From contig NC_092344.1 in assembly GCF_963676685.1 (NCBI RefSeq), positions 49,352,001 to 49,416,000 of the forward strand: a stretch of 64,000 nucleotides of DNA, given 5' to 3'. The notes beneath the pieces are model-generated. The model was not told where the DNA came from and did not search any database. It was given only the letters and a program-made list of their open reading frames with translations. Below, one piece after another: positions 1-12,782 of this stretch (position 1 is the stretch's first letter; each line of letters opens with the position of its first letter). A program made the position numbers and the translations under genes. Origin of the DNA: Mytilus edulis. Taxonomy: Eukaryota.

Positions 1-584
1 TAGATCTTTTTAAGACTTTTATATGTAACAGTTATATAAATTTTAAACATGAATTTTGAATATTTAGTTTGTATGCTGTTAATAAAGTTTTAAAAATTGC
101 TAAAATTATAAATATTTAAGATAATGTCATTTTTTGGATATAATAAAAGAAACGACAACGTTTATGTTATCACATATACCATTGAAGAATTGCTACTACT
201 AGTATCAGGAATATTGTTTTTAATATAGTATTGGTTTAAATTCCAGTAAATTCTGTGACCACGAAAGAGCAGAAGATCGTTAAAGTAACATAATGAATTA
301 TACTCCTTGATTATCATGCTTGTTTAAATAGATAACGACAAAATTTTCTTCAAGGGTATGGACTATTACATGAAATATTATTTTTGTGAATAAAGGCTGT
401 TATGTAAAACAATTATATTATATTTATGAAATAGAAATTTGAAAAAGCAGTGCCAATTCTGTGTTTATATTGCTCTATCTCTTTTTATTCAACATTTTTC
501 AGAAAATAATTTACTCACTCGTTTTAAGGTCCATACTCAAATCGCCAATTTTTGTTGCATTTTTTTATTCGTTTTTCAGGAATA

Positions 585-1960
585 ATGGAGGGAAAGGCTG
601 TTGTGATATTTTTAGGATTTTTTTCATGTGTTTTTGCAGGTATGCATCCCTCTTTGTTTCATATGCAAACTACATTTGATAATTGTGATAATAATTTATT
701 CAAAATAAAGTAATTTAGCAGTTATACTTCTAAAGAAAACAAAACCCAAAACAACACACAAACTGATACGCATTTTTACGTACGAACAAACCCTAGAACA
801 CTATTCCTTCATTAACTTCGAGAGGTTTTCTATTGAACAAATTGCCAAACGCCGTATTCCAACTTCTTACTCTTTGTAAAGTGGTGAAGTCCATCCAAAG
901 ACTTAATTTGCTTTACTTATATGTGTTTTATGAAATATTCCATACGTAGATACAATACTGCTTCACAATAACGCACACAAAGCTACTAGTATACGATTTT
1001 CATGCTCTCTACAATGTTTCTAAACATAATTCGGGTACGCCCCATGATGAAATCACAGTTGGTTCATGAAATTCTTTGTATTTTTGATTAAAAGCGTTAT
1101 AACAACCATGATAATATAAGATATATGAAATTTTATAATTTCAATTACTGTTAATACTGACAGAAGTGTTTAACGATCTTTCGTCGTTTCATCTGTCTTT
1201 TTTTGTTACTTCTCTTATTCTATAAGACGTATCTAAACCTTTAGCAGGCATTTTGAAACCATAATTCACCTGGACTCTATGAAATTAGTATAGCGACAAT
1301 AAAAAACAGCAACATATAATATTAAAATCAAATAATTTCAATTCACATAGAAAAAATAACAGGGATAAAATTATTGAAAAGCAGTCTTATCTCACTTATA
1401 AACGTTATTTCATATTTCATCATTTATAATTTTCAAAATTTATTATTACAGCAAGTTATCCAGTCACGAAAAAATGTGATAATGAATGTTCGAGTCGTTT
1501 AGATTGTGGAAGAGGATACTATTGCCAAACTATAGGATGTAATAGAAGGTGCACATCTCTAAATTTACCAATTGACAATGCTCATATTGACCAAGTAGTC
1601 TCACAAGACACATTCTCATTGAAATGCGAACTAAGATGTAGACAACAAGGAAGGGTAGGTTGTAGACGACTTTGTCAACAAAATGGAGATCAGTTTTTAG
1701 TAGACCAAAGATTCCCTGGTGATTCCTTGGACCATTCCTTTCAAGGGTCCTCAGTAGACCGTACCTTTCCTGGGGCTTCATTAGGCAGTATTCGTTCAGG
1801 CAGTCTTGTTGATCGTATCAGGTCAATCGGTTCAGTTGTTTCAACTCATCATAAAGGGTGCGTAAACATGTGCATTTCTAGGAATCAATGCAACTTCAAC
1901 GAGGATTGTGTCAGCAGAAATGGATGCAATGTATGTGTTCGCGTCAGTTCATATGCGTAG
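585..1960 (+). CDS. Secreted cysteine-rich repeat protein, paralogue 1 (187 aa; join 585..639,1452..1960)
   Basis: Exon 585-639 encodes MEGKAVVIFLGFFSCVFA (signal-peptide-like). It is preceded by a tttttcag acceptor and followed by a gtatgc donor. The phase-1 acceptor ttattacag at 1451 continues in frame (ASYPVTKKCDNECSSRLDC...) into ORF 1619..1960. AATAAA at 2039-2044. The same exon structure recurs in six paralogues. Confidence 0.9.
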
Positions 1961-2873
1961 TGGGACAAATAGACACAGACTACAAAGTGCAATACCATTC
2001 TAAAATACATTAATGTATCTTCTTTTTTATAATTTTATAATAAAAAATTAAAAGATGTAGAGCTTTATTTCATCTTTTTTTCTGTAGAAACCAACGCAAC
2101 TTTAATACATGAAATGATGATTTTTTTTTATGATTTGCTGGAACAAAAAAGAACTTAAATGGACTATGGGAGTTTTTATAGCTGTCACAATAACAAAATG
2201 AGGTATTTTGTCAACTCGAAAACTACACCAACGAGATTATTAGGAAAAACTTAAATTATTTCGTTTCATGTAAATCAAAATCTAAAAAAGGAATATATTT
2301 TATATACTGAATACATTTGAAAAATGGATTTTGAGATAGTTAAACACAAATGTTAAAGCTATTTTATTGACAAGCTTCGAAATGCTATTGTTTTTATTGT
2401 TTTCAGTTGGTAGAAAACACTTGTGATCTTAAATATCCTTATGTCGTTTCAAGTTTTGAGGTTAAATGGTACCAATACATACAACAACTGGACAAATATC
2501 TTGTTAAAAAAAACCCATATAATTTGCACAAAGTAGAAAAGAATATTTAAAGAAATATTTATATTTAAACCATTATAGATTGGACTTTGAGACCATCATT
2601 TAACCTCAGTCATCTATCTTTCGCAATCTTCATACATGTATTGTGAAAAGTAAAATTACAAAAACAACGAATTCCAAAGGAAAAGTCTTTATAAAATATC
2701 AACATTTAAAGCTCAGACACATCTTAAGAATATAAAACAACTGTCATATTCTTTACTTGAAACTGACGTTTTCTTATGTAGCATATGGTGGCTCACACCT
2801 GGTTTTATTGGTGGTTTAATCTTCAACTTATGACGTATGAAAAAAGCATAGAATTCCAATATAATGACATGAT

Positions 2874-3182
2874 AGATATAGGAAGATGTGGTGTGAGTGC
2901 CAATGAGACAACTCTCAATCCAAATATAAAAGTTAACCATTATAGGTCGATGTACGGCCTTCAACACGAAGCCTTAGCTCACACCGAACAACAAGCTATG
3001 AAGGGCCCCAAAATTACTAGTGTAAAATCATTTAAACGGGAAAACTAACGGTCTAATCTATATAAAAAACGAGAAACGAGAAAAACGTACAAATTACATA
3101 AACAAACGACAACTACTGTACATCAGATTCCTGACTTAGGACAGGTGCAAACATTTGCAGCAGGATTAAACGTTTAAATGAA
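2874..3182 (-). mobile_element. Interspersed retroelement 3'-end fragment with truncated twister-like motif
   Basis: Nearly identical to 62711-63025. It ends inside the twister-like motif. Confidence 0.7.
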
Positions 3183-3594
3183 GCTGTTATCAAAACAAAA
3201 AGACATGATAGGCAAACACGTCAAAAATTGGGGTACGTGAAATGCTGATGCTGTTCATTATCAGAGTCGATTAAAATTTTCTTTCAAAAGAACATTCTAC
3301 TATTTTTAGACATTTTTTTTTCATTCATACATTTGTTTATATTCGTCAAAAAAATGATTTAAAATATCCAAAAGAGTTTTAGTTCTCTTTTCATTTCAAT
3401 AAATACAAGTTTAAAAAGGTATAGCATATTCAAATATTAAATTGAGATTTCATAACTCTGCATGCATAATGCAATTCAGCTTGACATCTTCTGATATACT
3501 TATTTTTAACCTTTTTGTCTAGACCAAATCACTACTAGTACTAAACATTAAGATTCAGCACCAATATTTTTTAACATGTAATTCCATTCCCGTA

Positions 3595-4541
3595 CTTGAT
3601 ATTTCATGCTTAATACTAAAATATATGATAAAAGAGATGATTTTTCATTTTCTATAGTTAATTAACTATTTTTAGATGGTGACGTTCCCTTGTCAACATC
3701 TTACGGTGTTTATATATCTCAACTTGTACGATTCGTTTGTGTATGTAACAATGTTTTAGATTTTAAATAGAGAAATTTATGTATAACTGAAAAATAATTA
3801 AACCAGGGTTTTCGATATCACAAACTAGTCAAAACATTTACTAAATTTTATCATCGGTATAACGACATCATTCGTTAATATAGTTCAACATGCAGACTTC
3901 TTATACGTTCAGGTATTTCACATTAACTATTTTATGGAAATATTTTTTATAAAGCACATCAATGCCAGTATTCACCTCAGAAGCTACATTTTTGTAACAA
4001 AACCTTTAGATAGACTTATTAAGAAGGGATATAGTTACGGTACTGTTGTCAGGTCATTAAAGATTGCATATTTTGGCGTAAATATTGATTCACTTTTTAT
4101 CGGAATTAAAGACATTTATCTAAAAACCAGTTGTTGGCATTATACGGTTTATGTTCGTCTCATATATGTTATGATGGTATGATACTAAACCCCTAACGGG
4201 AAGGATTGTGCCTGATATTCATATGATGAAGACATAATCGTTCAAGCAGTTTAACTGAAGTCTGAAGCTGGCATGTCAGTTAACTGCTAGTAGTTTGTTG
4301 TTATTTATGTATTATTGTATTTATATTTTTACATTTAGTTTCCTGTGTACAATTTGGAGTTTAGTATGACGTTTATTATCACTGAACTAGTATACATATT
4401 TTTAGGGGCCAGCTGAAGGACGCCTCCAGGTGCGGGAATTTCTTGCTGCATTGAAGACCTGTTGGTGACCTTCTGCTGTTGTCTGTTCTATGGTCGGGTT
4501 GTGTTCTCTTTGACACATTCCCCATTTCCATTCTCAATTTT
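3595..4541 (+). mobile_element. Penelope-like retroelement family A, 5'-truncated degenerate copy (RT C-terminus plus 3' region)
   Basis: Translates with stops/frameshifts to NTKIYDKRDDFSF..SYGVYISQLVRF..QGFRYHKLVKTFTKFYHRY. Homologous to 28386-29367. Ends in ...ccccatttccattctcaatttt. Confidence 0.75.
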
Positions 4542-4624
4542 AGTATATATAAATATACTAAATAAAGAAATGATTTGGAAAATACCTTGATTATATAAAA
4601 AGTCATGAGAATTCCGAATGCAGT

Positions 4625-4790
4625 TAGATTCTATCCGGGCATTCTGGTTCTAAACCTTGTTTCCATCTGGGTTTTGTGGTTCTGCACCTTGATTCTATCC
4701 GGGTTCGTTGGTTCGAAACCACGGTAACTGGTTCAACATACGGGTTGTTTGGTTATAGCAACCCAATTCTTGGTTCCATCTGGGTTCTAT
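4625..4790. repeat. Degenerate short-period repeat (ggttc/ttctatccggg motifs)
   Basis: Recurrent tggttc, ttctatccggg and ttccatctgggtt words. Confidence 0.4.
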
Positions 4791-5443
4791 TCTAGATCAT
4801 TCTAATGTTCCCGTTGAACTTGGAGAAGATAACCGCTATTATCCGAATAAAAAGATAAAGTAGGTCAAAAACTTTAAAATTGTTTTATAACATTAAACAT
4901 TTCAGCATCGACGGAAAAGGAAGCTGTAAGGTATTTATCTTCTCATTTTAATTATTTTGGAAATTATTAAGGAAACTAGGTAAAAATAAAGCATCGTATA
5001 TATTTTTTAAATAAACTGAAATATACTGTATATCAAACATCCTTTTATTTAAATCAGTCGTTCTTCTCATTTTGATTTAAGTTTGCAAGCTTTAATTAGT
5101 TGAAAACTAAGCTATAAAATATTACAAAAATATATATGTACAATGATTTGTCAAATTTGACACTCCTGAAGGGCATGTATACATGTATAATCATTCGGCC
5201 CAAAATAAATAAATCAAAATTAAGATTAAATATTTGTATAATAAAATTGTGTGTGTGTTAATGACAGTGCTAGTGGGATAGGTATCACGAGCACAAGGGT
5301 CAGAACTTCTGTGTTGGCGCCATAATGAAGGGCCATAAAGTGTAACTCTAGTCCGTCCGTCCCGTACGTCCCAAAAATGTGTTCCGTTCTCCTAACTTTA
5401 GTTTGCCTCAACCAAATACTACAAAACTTATACACAATATAAA

Positions 5444-5780
5444 AAAGAAGATGTGACATGAGGGCCAATTAGAACTCTCTACAAGAGAACAAATGACACA
5501 GAAATTAACAACTATAGGTCACCGTACGGCCTTCAGGAATCAGCAAAGCCATAATGCATAGTCAGCTATAAAAGGCACCGAAATGACAACGCAAAACAAT
5601 TCACACGAGAAAACTAACGGCCTAATTTATGTACAAAAAATTAAGGAAAAACAAATATTTAACACATAAACAAACGACAACTACTGAATTACAGGCTCCT
5701 GACTTGGGACGGGCACATACATACAAAATAAGGCGGGGTTAAACATGTTAGCGCGATCCTCACTCTGCACCTAACCTTGG
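5444..5780 (-). mobile_element. Abundant interspersed repeat (retroelement 3' end) with degenerate twister-like motif
   Basis: Same family as about 7067-7330, 15369-15670, 20378-21600 (interrupted), 50940-51340 and 56476-56880. Shared words: gatgtgg..gccaatgagacaactctc, tataggtcaccgtacggccttc, cctgacttgggac.ggc, gcggggttaaacatg. Confidence 0.7.
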
Positions 5781-6685
5781 ACATTGTTTATTACCACAAA
5801 ATAAAATTTGAAATTTGGTAGCGTCACTTTTACCGTCCATGAGTTATCATGCCCCTTTATAAACATAGAAAATGCTGAATATTTTGTTTCCGTTCTCTTA
5901 AATACGTTTGCCTCAATCAAATGTTATAAACCTCATTTGCAATGCTTATTACCCCAGAACACAGATCTATCAAGTCCAACATTAGGTGGCATCACTTTTA
6001 CTGTTCATGAGTTATTAGATGTAAGAAGATGTGGTACGAGTACCATTGATATAAATATCAACACGGAACCTTTACATTTGTAGATAGGTAAAATGCTAAA
6101 TCTGTTGTTTTCGTTCTCTAACTTTATTTTGCCTCAACCAAATGTTATGAAACTTATACACATTGAAAACTCATTGTCACAAAACGGTCAAAACTACGTG
6201 AATCCTGCATCTATATGTGGAAGTTTTACAAGCGGGGGCATCTGTGGGCTATAAACATTTTCTACATTTATTTAAATAAACAGCTTTTTTAATTCCATTA
6301 AATTCTACTTCTAGTAGAAGTAGCTTGCATATTTGTTTCAGGATCTCGGTGCAGTTTGGTAACAGACAGTGATATTTCAAGTTACATGTGACCAGCATAA
6401 CTAAGTCTTTCACTAGATTTAGCTCTCTGTCAAAGTGTACTTTAAAGGTTCTTTGCGCTGAGTTCAGTTTATTGATATGCGTATATCTTCTGTGTGCTTT
6501 TTTAAGATGTAAAAACAGACTATCCATATCTACATGTCAACGAAATGAAATGTATGGTAAAATGATTGAAACATTTTGCATTATCTATCACAACTGGCAG
6601 CACATGGTACTACTGAAGCAATAAAGGTTCTCTCTAATTTTTCACGGAAATTTAAGGATTAAGTTTCGTTTGGACCTAACATTCT

Positions 6686-7440
6686 TAAAAATTGAGAATT
6701 GAAATGTGGAATGTGTAAAAGAGACAGTAACATGACAAAAAGAGCAGAAAGCAGTCGAAGGCCACCAATGGGCCTTCAACAAAGCGAGAAAGTCCCTCAC
6801 CTTATGGCGGGCTTCATATGGCCCCTAAACAAAATGTGTACGAGTTCAAACTCCAAAACATAAAAATAAACTTACGATTAAAAACACACAAGACTAACAA
6901 AAACCAGAGACTCTTGACTTGGATCCGGAACAGGTCCACAAATGCAGCTGGGTTAAACATGTGTTATCTGCTTTTTGGTCGGGTTGTTGTCTCTTTAACA
7001 TATTCCCCATTTCCATTCTCAATTTTATTTGTGATATATCAACCCCAAATAACAATGATTATAAAAAAAGATGTGGTATGATTGCCAATGAGACAAAAAT
7101 GACTATAAACAAGGAGATGTGACATGAGTGCCGATGAAACAACCCTCCACAAGAGACCAAATGACACAGAAATTAACAATTATAGGCCTTTAACAATGTG
7201 CAAAGCCCATACCGCATAGTCAGCTATAAAACGCCCAGAAATGACAATGTAAAACAATTCAAACGAGAAAAGTAACGGCCTAATTTATGTACAAAAAATG
7301 AACGAAAAACAAATATTTAACACATAAATTATGCACATATAACAAGGGACTACCAGCAGTTACTGACATGCGAGCTCCAGGTCTCAATTAAAGTGATTGA
7401 AAGAGTATGTCTTCGTCACATGAAAATGCAGCACAATCCC
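6686..7440. repeat. Mosaic of retroelement 3'-end fragments in both orientations
   Basis: Reverse-complement pieces of the family A 3' region (6686-6960, 7345-7440), a forward 3' tail (6965-7027) and a copy of the gatgtgg..gccaatgagac repeat (7067-7330). Confidence 0.6.
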
Positions 7441-8893
7441 CACTCCAAATTCAAGATGGGTAACACCACTAGACACAGTGTAAAATAAAACTATGGGATA
7501 TACATGAACAAGGCTTTTTCTCATAAAATGTCTAGCATATTTAAACACATTGTATCTGGGATGATCCTACATGAGTTTTTGCTATTTTGAATACCACGCT
7601 TGTTCTACAACGGTGGAGATTAAAGCCATACTAGAAACATTCAGCTTCTCAAAATCTAGATCGCAAAATAAAATAAAAATTGTGCGCCTAGATATTCATC
7701 TTCTTATTTTATGTTCGGGTGTGTTCTGTATCCAAAAAGAAACATTGTCACAAAAGTGCATTAGTAGTTCACCTTGGCTATATTTGAAAAAACCTTTCCG
7801 AAAATGGTTTCTCAATGCTCAAGTTCAGCTTGGTAATTTATTTGGCATATTACCATTTTGATTTGAGTAATTTGAAGACTAAAAGCGCGTGAGAAGAACA
7901 AAATTATAAGCATGGTGTCTAATAAGGTATTTTTTTTTTACAATGCAATCCTTTTGGAAATCCATAGAAATACACAAAAGAATTGTAGCTTTTCCAAATC
8001 TTAAACATTACGTTTAACAGCTGCTGAAATTTTCCTTGATAATTTAAAAGTTGAAAAAGACAGAATCTGTTCTTCATTAACTCTCTTTTAATAAGAATCA
8101 TTAAATGAATAATCATTGACAACATGGACAAACTTGCATATAATTATTTTGATTATTTTCATGTCTAAAAACAAACATAGTAAAAATGATGGCCCTGAGA
8201 TTAAAAATCTGTTTCTGGTTTATTCTTTGATGAACTATTTAGATTTAACCTGGTTATTTGAGGAAACAAATTGTTGAACAATCAAATAAGTTAATTTGGA
8301 GATCACCTTAAAATTGTTGACTTTCATAAATCTTGAACATATATGAAATCATTCATACAAGATCCATTTTCATATATTTAAAACACTTACTGTTCTATCG
8401 ATGAACCTATAGATAGTAACGGGAATGAATAAGGTGCAATTATCATTGTAAAGTACATTTTTTAACAAATTTAGTGAACTATTTATGATGGACTTTTATG
8501 TAGAAACCTCTTCACATTTCACACGCATTGTATATGCCGTTCAATCAGCGCCATAGATACTAAAACATTTTGCACATTTTTCTTCGATAATCTATTTCTC
8601 TCTCGATTCAGAGTTAACAAATGGTTAATAAATTTTAATTAAGATTAAAAACACAAATAACAAGACATAAAACCTGTCAAAAAATAATTCAGCATGACTC
8701 TTGACCATAAAAATGGAAACGGCTTTAATATGCCTTTTTTAACTATATAATGTCAAAAAGGAACATTTTAACCGAATTTCTAATTATTAAAGATGTAATT
8801 TCTTTACTTTTATGAAGTTTGACAAATAGAAACAAACAAACCATTCAGAGAAGTCACAAATTAACAGAATCTACCTTAACGGATTTAATTCAT

Positions 8894-9070
8894 ATTCATG
8901 TCAACACCAAAGTGCTGACTAATGGGGTGGTGATTCCCTCGGGGACGAAACCCACACCAGCAGTGGCATCGACCCAGTGGTGGAAATAGTTATCAAAGGT
9001 ACCAGGATTATAATTTAATACACCAGATGCGCGTTTTGTCGACACAAGACTCATCAGTGACGCTCAGTTC
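8894..9070 (-). mobile_element. Retrozyme-like relic (degenerate type I hammerhead plus downstream structured motif)
   Basis: The minus strand reads gagcgtca-CTGATGA-gtcttgtgtcgac-AAAA-cgcgcatc-tggtg, with GAAA mutated. It continues with accactgggtcgatgcc...ccccgaggg...caccac, homologous to the 350-bp unit. Confidence 0.7.
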
Positions 9071-9476
9071 AAATAGTTATAAGGCCAAACAAGTAAAAGA
9101 CACAGATATTCCATAGCAATCATCCAAATTTAATTGGGTTTATAAAATTTTTGAAGGAATGACATCAATATAAGTTGACACTCAATTTCATATAAATTCA
9201 TAATTTTGTTCTCGATTTTTCAAGAAATATGTTCGTTGAAACCTTTGATTTTTCTGACATACTGACCATTTGACCATTTGAAGCTCGTCTAAAATTGGTA
9301 AATTAAGATATCATCTACTTGTTTCTTTTGCAGTTTAACAAAAAAATAATTAAATTCTATATCAATACATATTTTATTTTGGTATCTTTACAAATAGAAA
9401 ACTGTCATAATATCACAATATTTGGATAAAGTTAGAATAACATTGCACGATTTTCTGGCCTTTGATCATGTCATAA

Positions 9477-10685
9477 TTATGTGTAGCTATTAACGCGAAC
9501 ACATTTATTGCATCCATTTCTGTTTTGACAATCCTCATTGATGTTGCATTGATTCCTTGAAAAACAAGTGTCGACACAGCCTTTTGGGAAAATTCGATCA
9601 ACTGAACCACCAGATACAATACGGTCTAATGAACCGCCTTGGATAATACGACGTGCTGAATCTCCTCGAATAACACGGTCTACTGAACCGCCTGGAATAA
9701 GATTATGTACTGAACCGCCTGGAATAATACGATCTAATGAACTGCCTGGAATAATACGATCTAATGAACCTCCCCGAATAATACTATCTCTTTTACCGCC
9801 TAGGGTAATATGATCTACCGAACCGCCTGGAATAATACGATCTAATGAACTTCCTTGAATAAAACTATCTACTTTACGGTCTGTAATAACACGATCTATT
9901 GAACCGCCTGGCAGAATGTGGTCTAATTGGGAATTGTCAACCATTCTTCGGCAAAATCTTCTACAACCTTGTCTTCCTGTCAATCTACAACGTCTTAAGC
10001 ATCCCGATGAGACTGTATTACCAGAATTATATTCTGTAATAAGGACGAAAAAAAATATTAAAATTGTTAAAATGAAGTGAAAAATGTCAAGATTTTGGAA
10101 GAAAGAGGCCTTTGTAGTGTTGATAATACTCTTCATTGATATTATGACTTGAATTTGTCTTAATAGTTGCACAAAAATATGAAAGGATTGTGACACATTA
10201 CTTTTAATAAACTATTACGTTTAATAAAAAACTGAATAATGCAGTTTATTTGAGTCATCTTCTGTTGTCCCTAGGAAATTGCCTCACTGACCTTCTTAGA
10301 GAGAACTACATTTTCAATCTATATTTGCAATCCTTTTGTATTTTTATTTGCTGGCTAACGAAGAAATAGCGTCTTCATTGTTAAGCTTTATCGCGAAAAA
10401 GGTGTGTTTATTAGGTTTTTGCTGTACTTTTGACGACCTTTTTGGATGTTTTTTTTTCACACGTTTCCGTTATTGTATTTTCAGTTTTTTGGCTTCGCCT
10501 CTGATATCATACACATGAAAACACTTTGTCCGCATTAAGTTATAAATGAGATTAGTTTCAGCATTTTGAACTGTGGACTATAAAGCGAATCATCATTACT
10601 ATTATTAATTATTTTATATAAAATACAAACCTGCAAAAACACAGGAAACAAATCCAAGAAAAATTAAAACAGCTTTTCCCTCCAT
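9477..10685 (-). CDS. Secreted cysteine-rich repeat protein, paralogue 2 (203 aa; join complement 10631..10685,9477..10033)
   Basis: Signal exon MEGKAVLIFLGFVSCVFA with a gtttgt donor. The acceptor ttattacag at 10034 is in frame with ORF 9477..10196. It has thirteen 9-aa repeats and a C-terminal 6-Cys domain like gene 1. AATAAA (minus) at 9373-9378. Confidence 0.9.
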
Positions 10686-11176
10686 TTTAGCTGAAAAAAA
10701 TAAATAAATGAAATATCAGTATCAATATAAAACGATAAACTGTTGATTTAAATCTTAATCAAAGAAATATCTATGTTTGAAACTTTAAAAGTATTTGCGA
10801 AAAAGACTTGAAAATGTAAAACAGAAATATGCATATCCATATCGTATAATGTCTTTTTGTAACGAAGAAAATAAAGGAAAAGTAAAATTCATTTTAAATC
10901 AGCACGAATCGATATGTTAAAATATTTATGTTCATTCAATTAAAACACAAACTCTCTTTTCATGTCCAATATATGAATAAATATATTTGTTATAAAATAC
11001 TTATAAGGAAACAAACTTTTAATGCAAAGCATCAATTTAGTTAAAGGAGTCATTTCATAGTAAGGCATCTTTTTATGACGAACGTCGCTGATTAATTCTT
11101 TAGTAAATACAAATAAGAATTTGAGTATCTGATCAATAAATAATGAAAATATTCTTTTTCTCCAAACATTAAGATT

Positions 11177-11310
11177 ACTTACTTTATAGTATTAAATACC
11201 TGAGATGCTTAGTTAGCAATGTACTGTCTTTGTAATCTACAACTGCCTTATATATAGTTTACATAAGGAAATGAACGGTTCAATGGATGCGTGACGTCGG
11301 TTTTGTAATA
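11177..11310 (-). promoter_or_regulatory. Putative promoter and non-coding exon 1 of paralogue 2
   Basis: The minus strand reads gacgtcac..tgaaccgttcatttcct..tatatataaggcag, then a GTAAGT donor at 11182-11177. The motif order matches the promoters of genes 3-7. Confidence 0.6.
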
Positions 11311-12431
11311 TTCATTAACTTGTACATTTAACAAGTTCAAAATGTCAAATTTATTTTTAAATGCAATTTTGATAGATCATTTAGCTAGCATTGTAACAAC
11401 AAATAAAAAAAAAATGTTTTGGTCAGAAAATAGACATTGCTCAAAATGTCGATCGTGTTGTATATTTGAGATCAAATACCGTTGTCTTTAAAAAAAATGT
11501 TTAGATGAATAATGAGTACATGGGTCGTGTTTTCGATTTCTGGTGACGTTATATTCCTGTGCTTCTTCGTTTATATTCTTTAGTTGATAGAAATAATTCA
11601 TAAAAGATACCGGGCTTTTAAACATTTATATTTTGAAAGAAATAGGGCTTTACTAGTTCTTGATTTTACAATTTTTCAAAAAGTTAAAATAGTCTCAAAG
11701 TGATTACTTTTAAGAATGTCTATTTCATTAATTAGATATTTTTGTAAAAAGGGCACATTTCTTGCACACATTTACACTTAGCATACGGTCAAATCATGTA
11801 TTGCTTCTAATCTTCTAAACTGCATCTACAGAATAAAAGATAGAAAATATCAAGGTGATTATAAAAAATAAAAAATCAGACAAAACCATAGAATTGATAT
11901 TGAGAAAAAGTACGACGAGAAGACAAACAGCAGTCTTTGCCACTTTACAAAGAATGAAAAGTTTGAATACGGCGTTTTTGCAATTTTTTCTATAGAAAAT
12001 TGAGTTTCGACTCAAAGCTTTCAATTACCAACAATTTATTCAATTTTGATTTACACATCAAGGTCGTTTTCATCATATTATAACTAACAAAACTTTGACA
12101 ATATTTACGAGCAGTGAAAAATGTAGGAATTGATAATAATTATTGAACGAGGATAAGAATTGTGTCGAACACACAGCAGTCTTTTATATAGATAGTTTGT
12201 AATACCAACATTTAAATGAAGGACTAGTAAAAAGTTGCTAGTGCTGCCTTTGACATTGAAGCAGTATTTTGTTACATAAACAATAACAAAACAAAAGCCT
12301 ACAAATATTAGTGGTACAACGTACGAAAAGGGAAATTAATTTATTTTAAATTTCTATTCTTTTGATGCCATGTATATTTGCTAAATAAATTTATTACCAC
12401 TAACAATGATGATAATAATAATAAAAATGAT

Positions 12432-12782
12432 NNNNNNNNNNNNNNNNNNNNNNNNNNNNNNNNNNNNNNNNNNNNNNNNNNNNNNNNNNNNNNNNNNNNN
12501 NNNNNNNNNNNNNNNNNNNNNNNNNNNNNNNNNNNNNNNNNNNNNNNNNNNNNNNNNNNNNNNNNNNNNNNNNNNNNNNNNNNNNNNNNNNNNNNNNNNN
12601 NNNNNNNNNNNNNNNNNNNNNNNNNNNNNNNNNNNNNNNNNNNNNNNNNNNNNNNNNNNNNNNNNNNNNNNNNNNNNNNNNNNNNNNNNNNNNNNNNNNN
12701 NNNNNNNNNNNNNNNNNNNNNNNNNNNNNNNNNNNNNNNNNNNNNNNNNNNNNNNNNNNNNNNNNNNNNNNNNNNNNNNNNN
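12432..12782. other. Assembly gap (351 N)
   Basis: Run of N. Confidence 1.

Noticed and set aside
1-579. Promoter and exon 1 of paralogue 1
   Set aside because: No match to the conserved CRE/ETS/TATA block. It probably lies upstream of the window.
9568-9813. Antisense or alternative-frame ORFs over the repeat tracts (also 60449..60781, 25127..25315, 34323..34511, 54268..54456, 60673..60906, 1530..1781)
   Set aside because: Shadows of the real repetitive coding exons. They have no signal exon or splice support.
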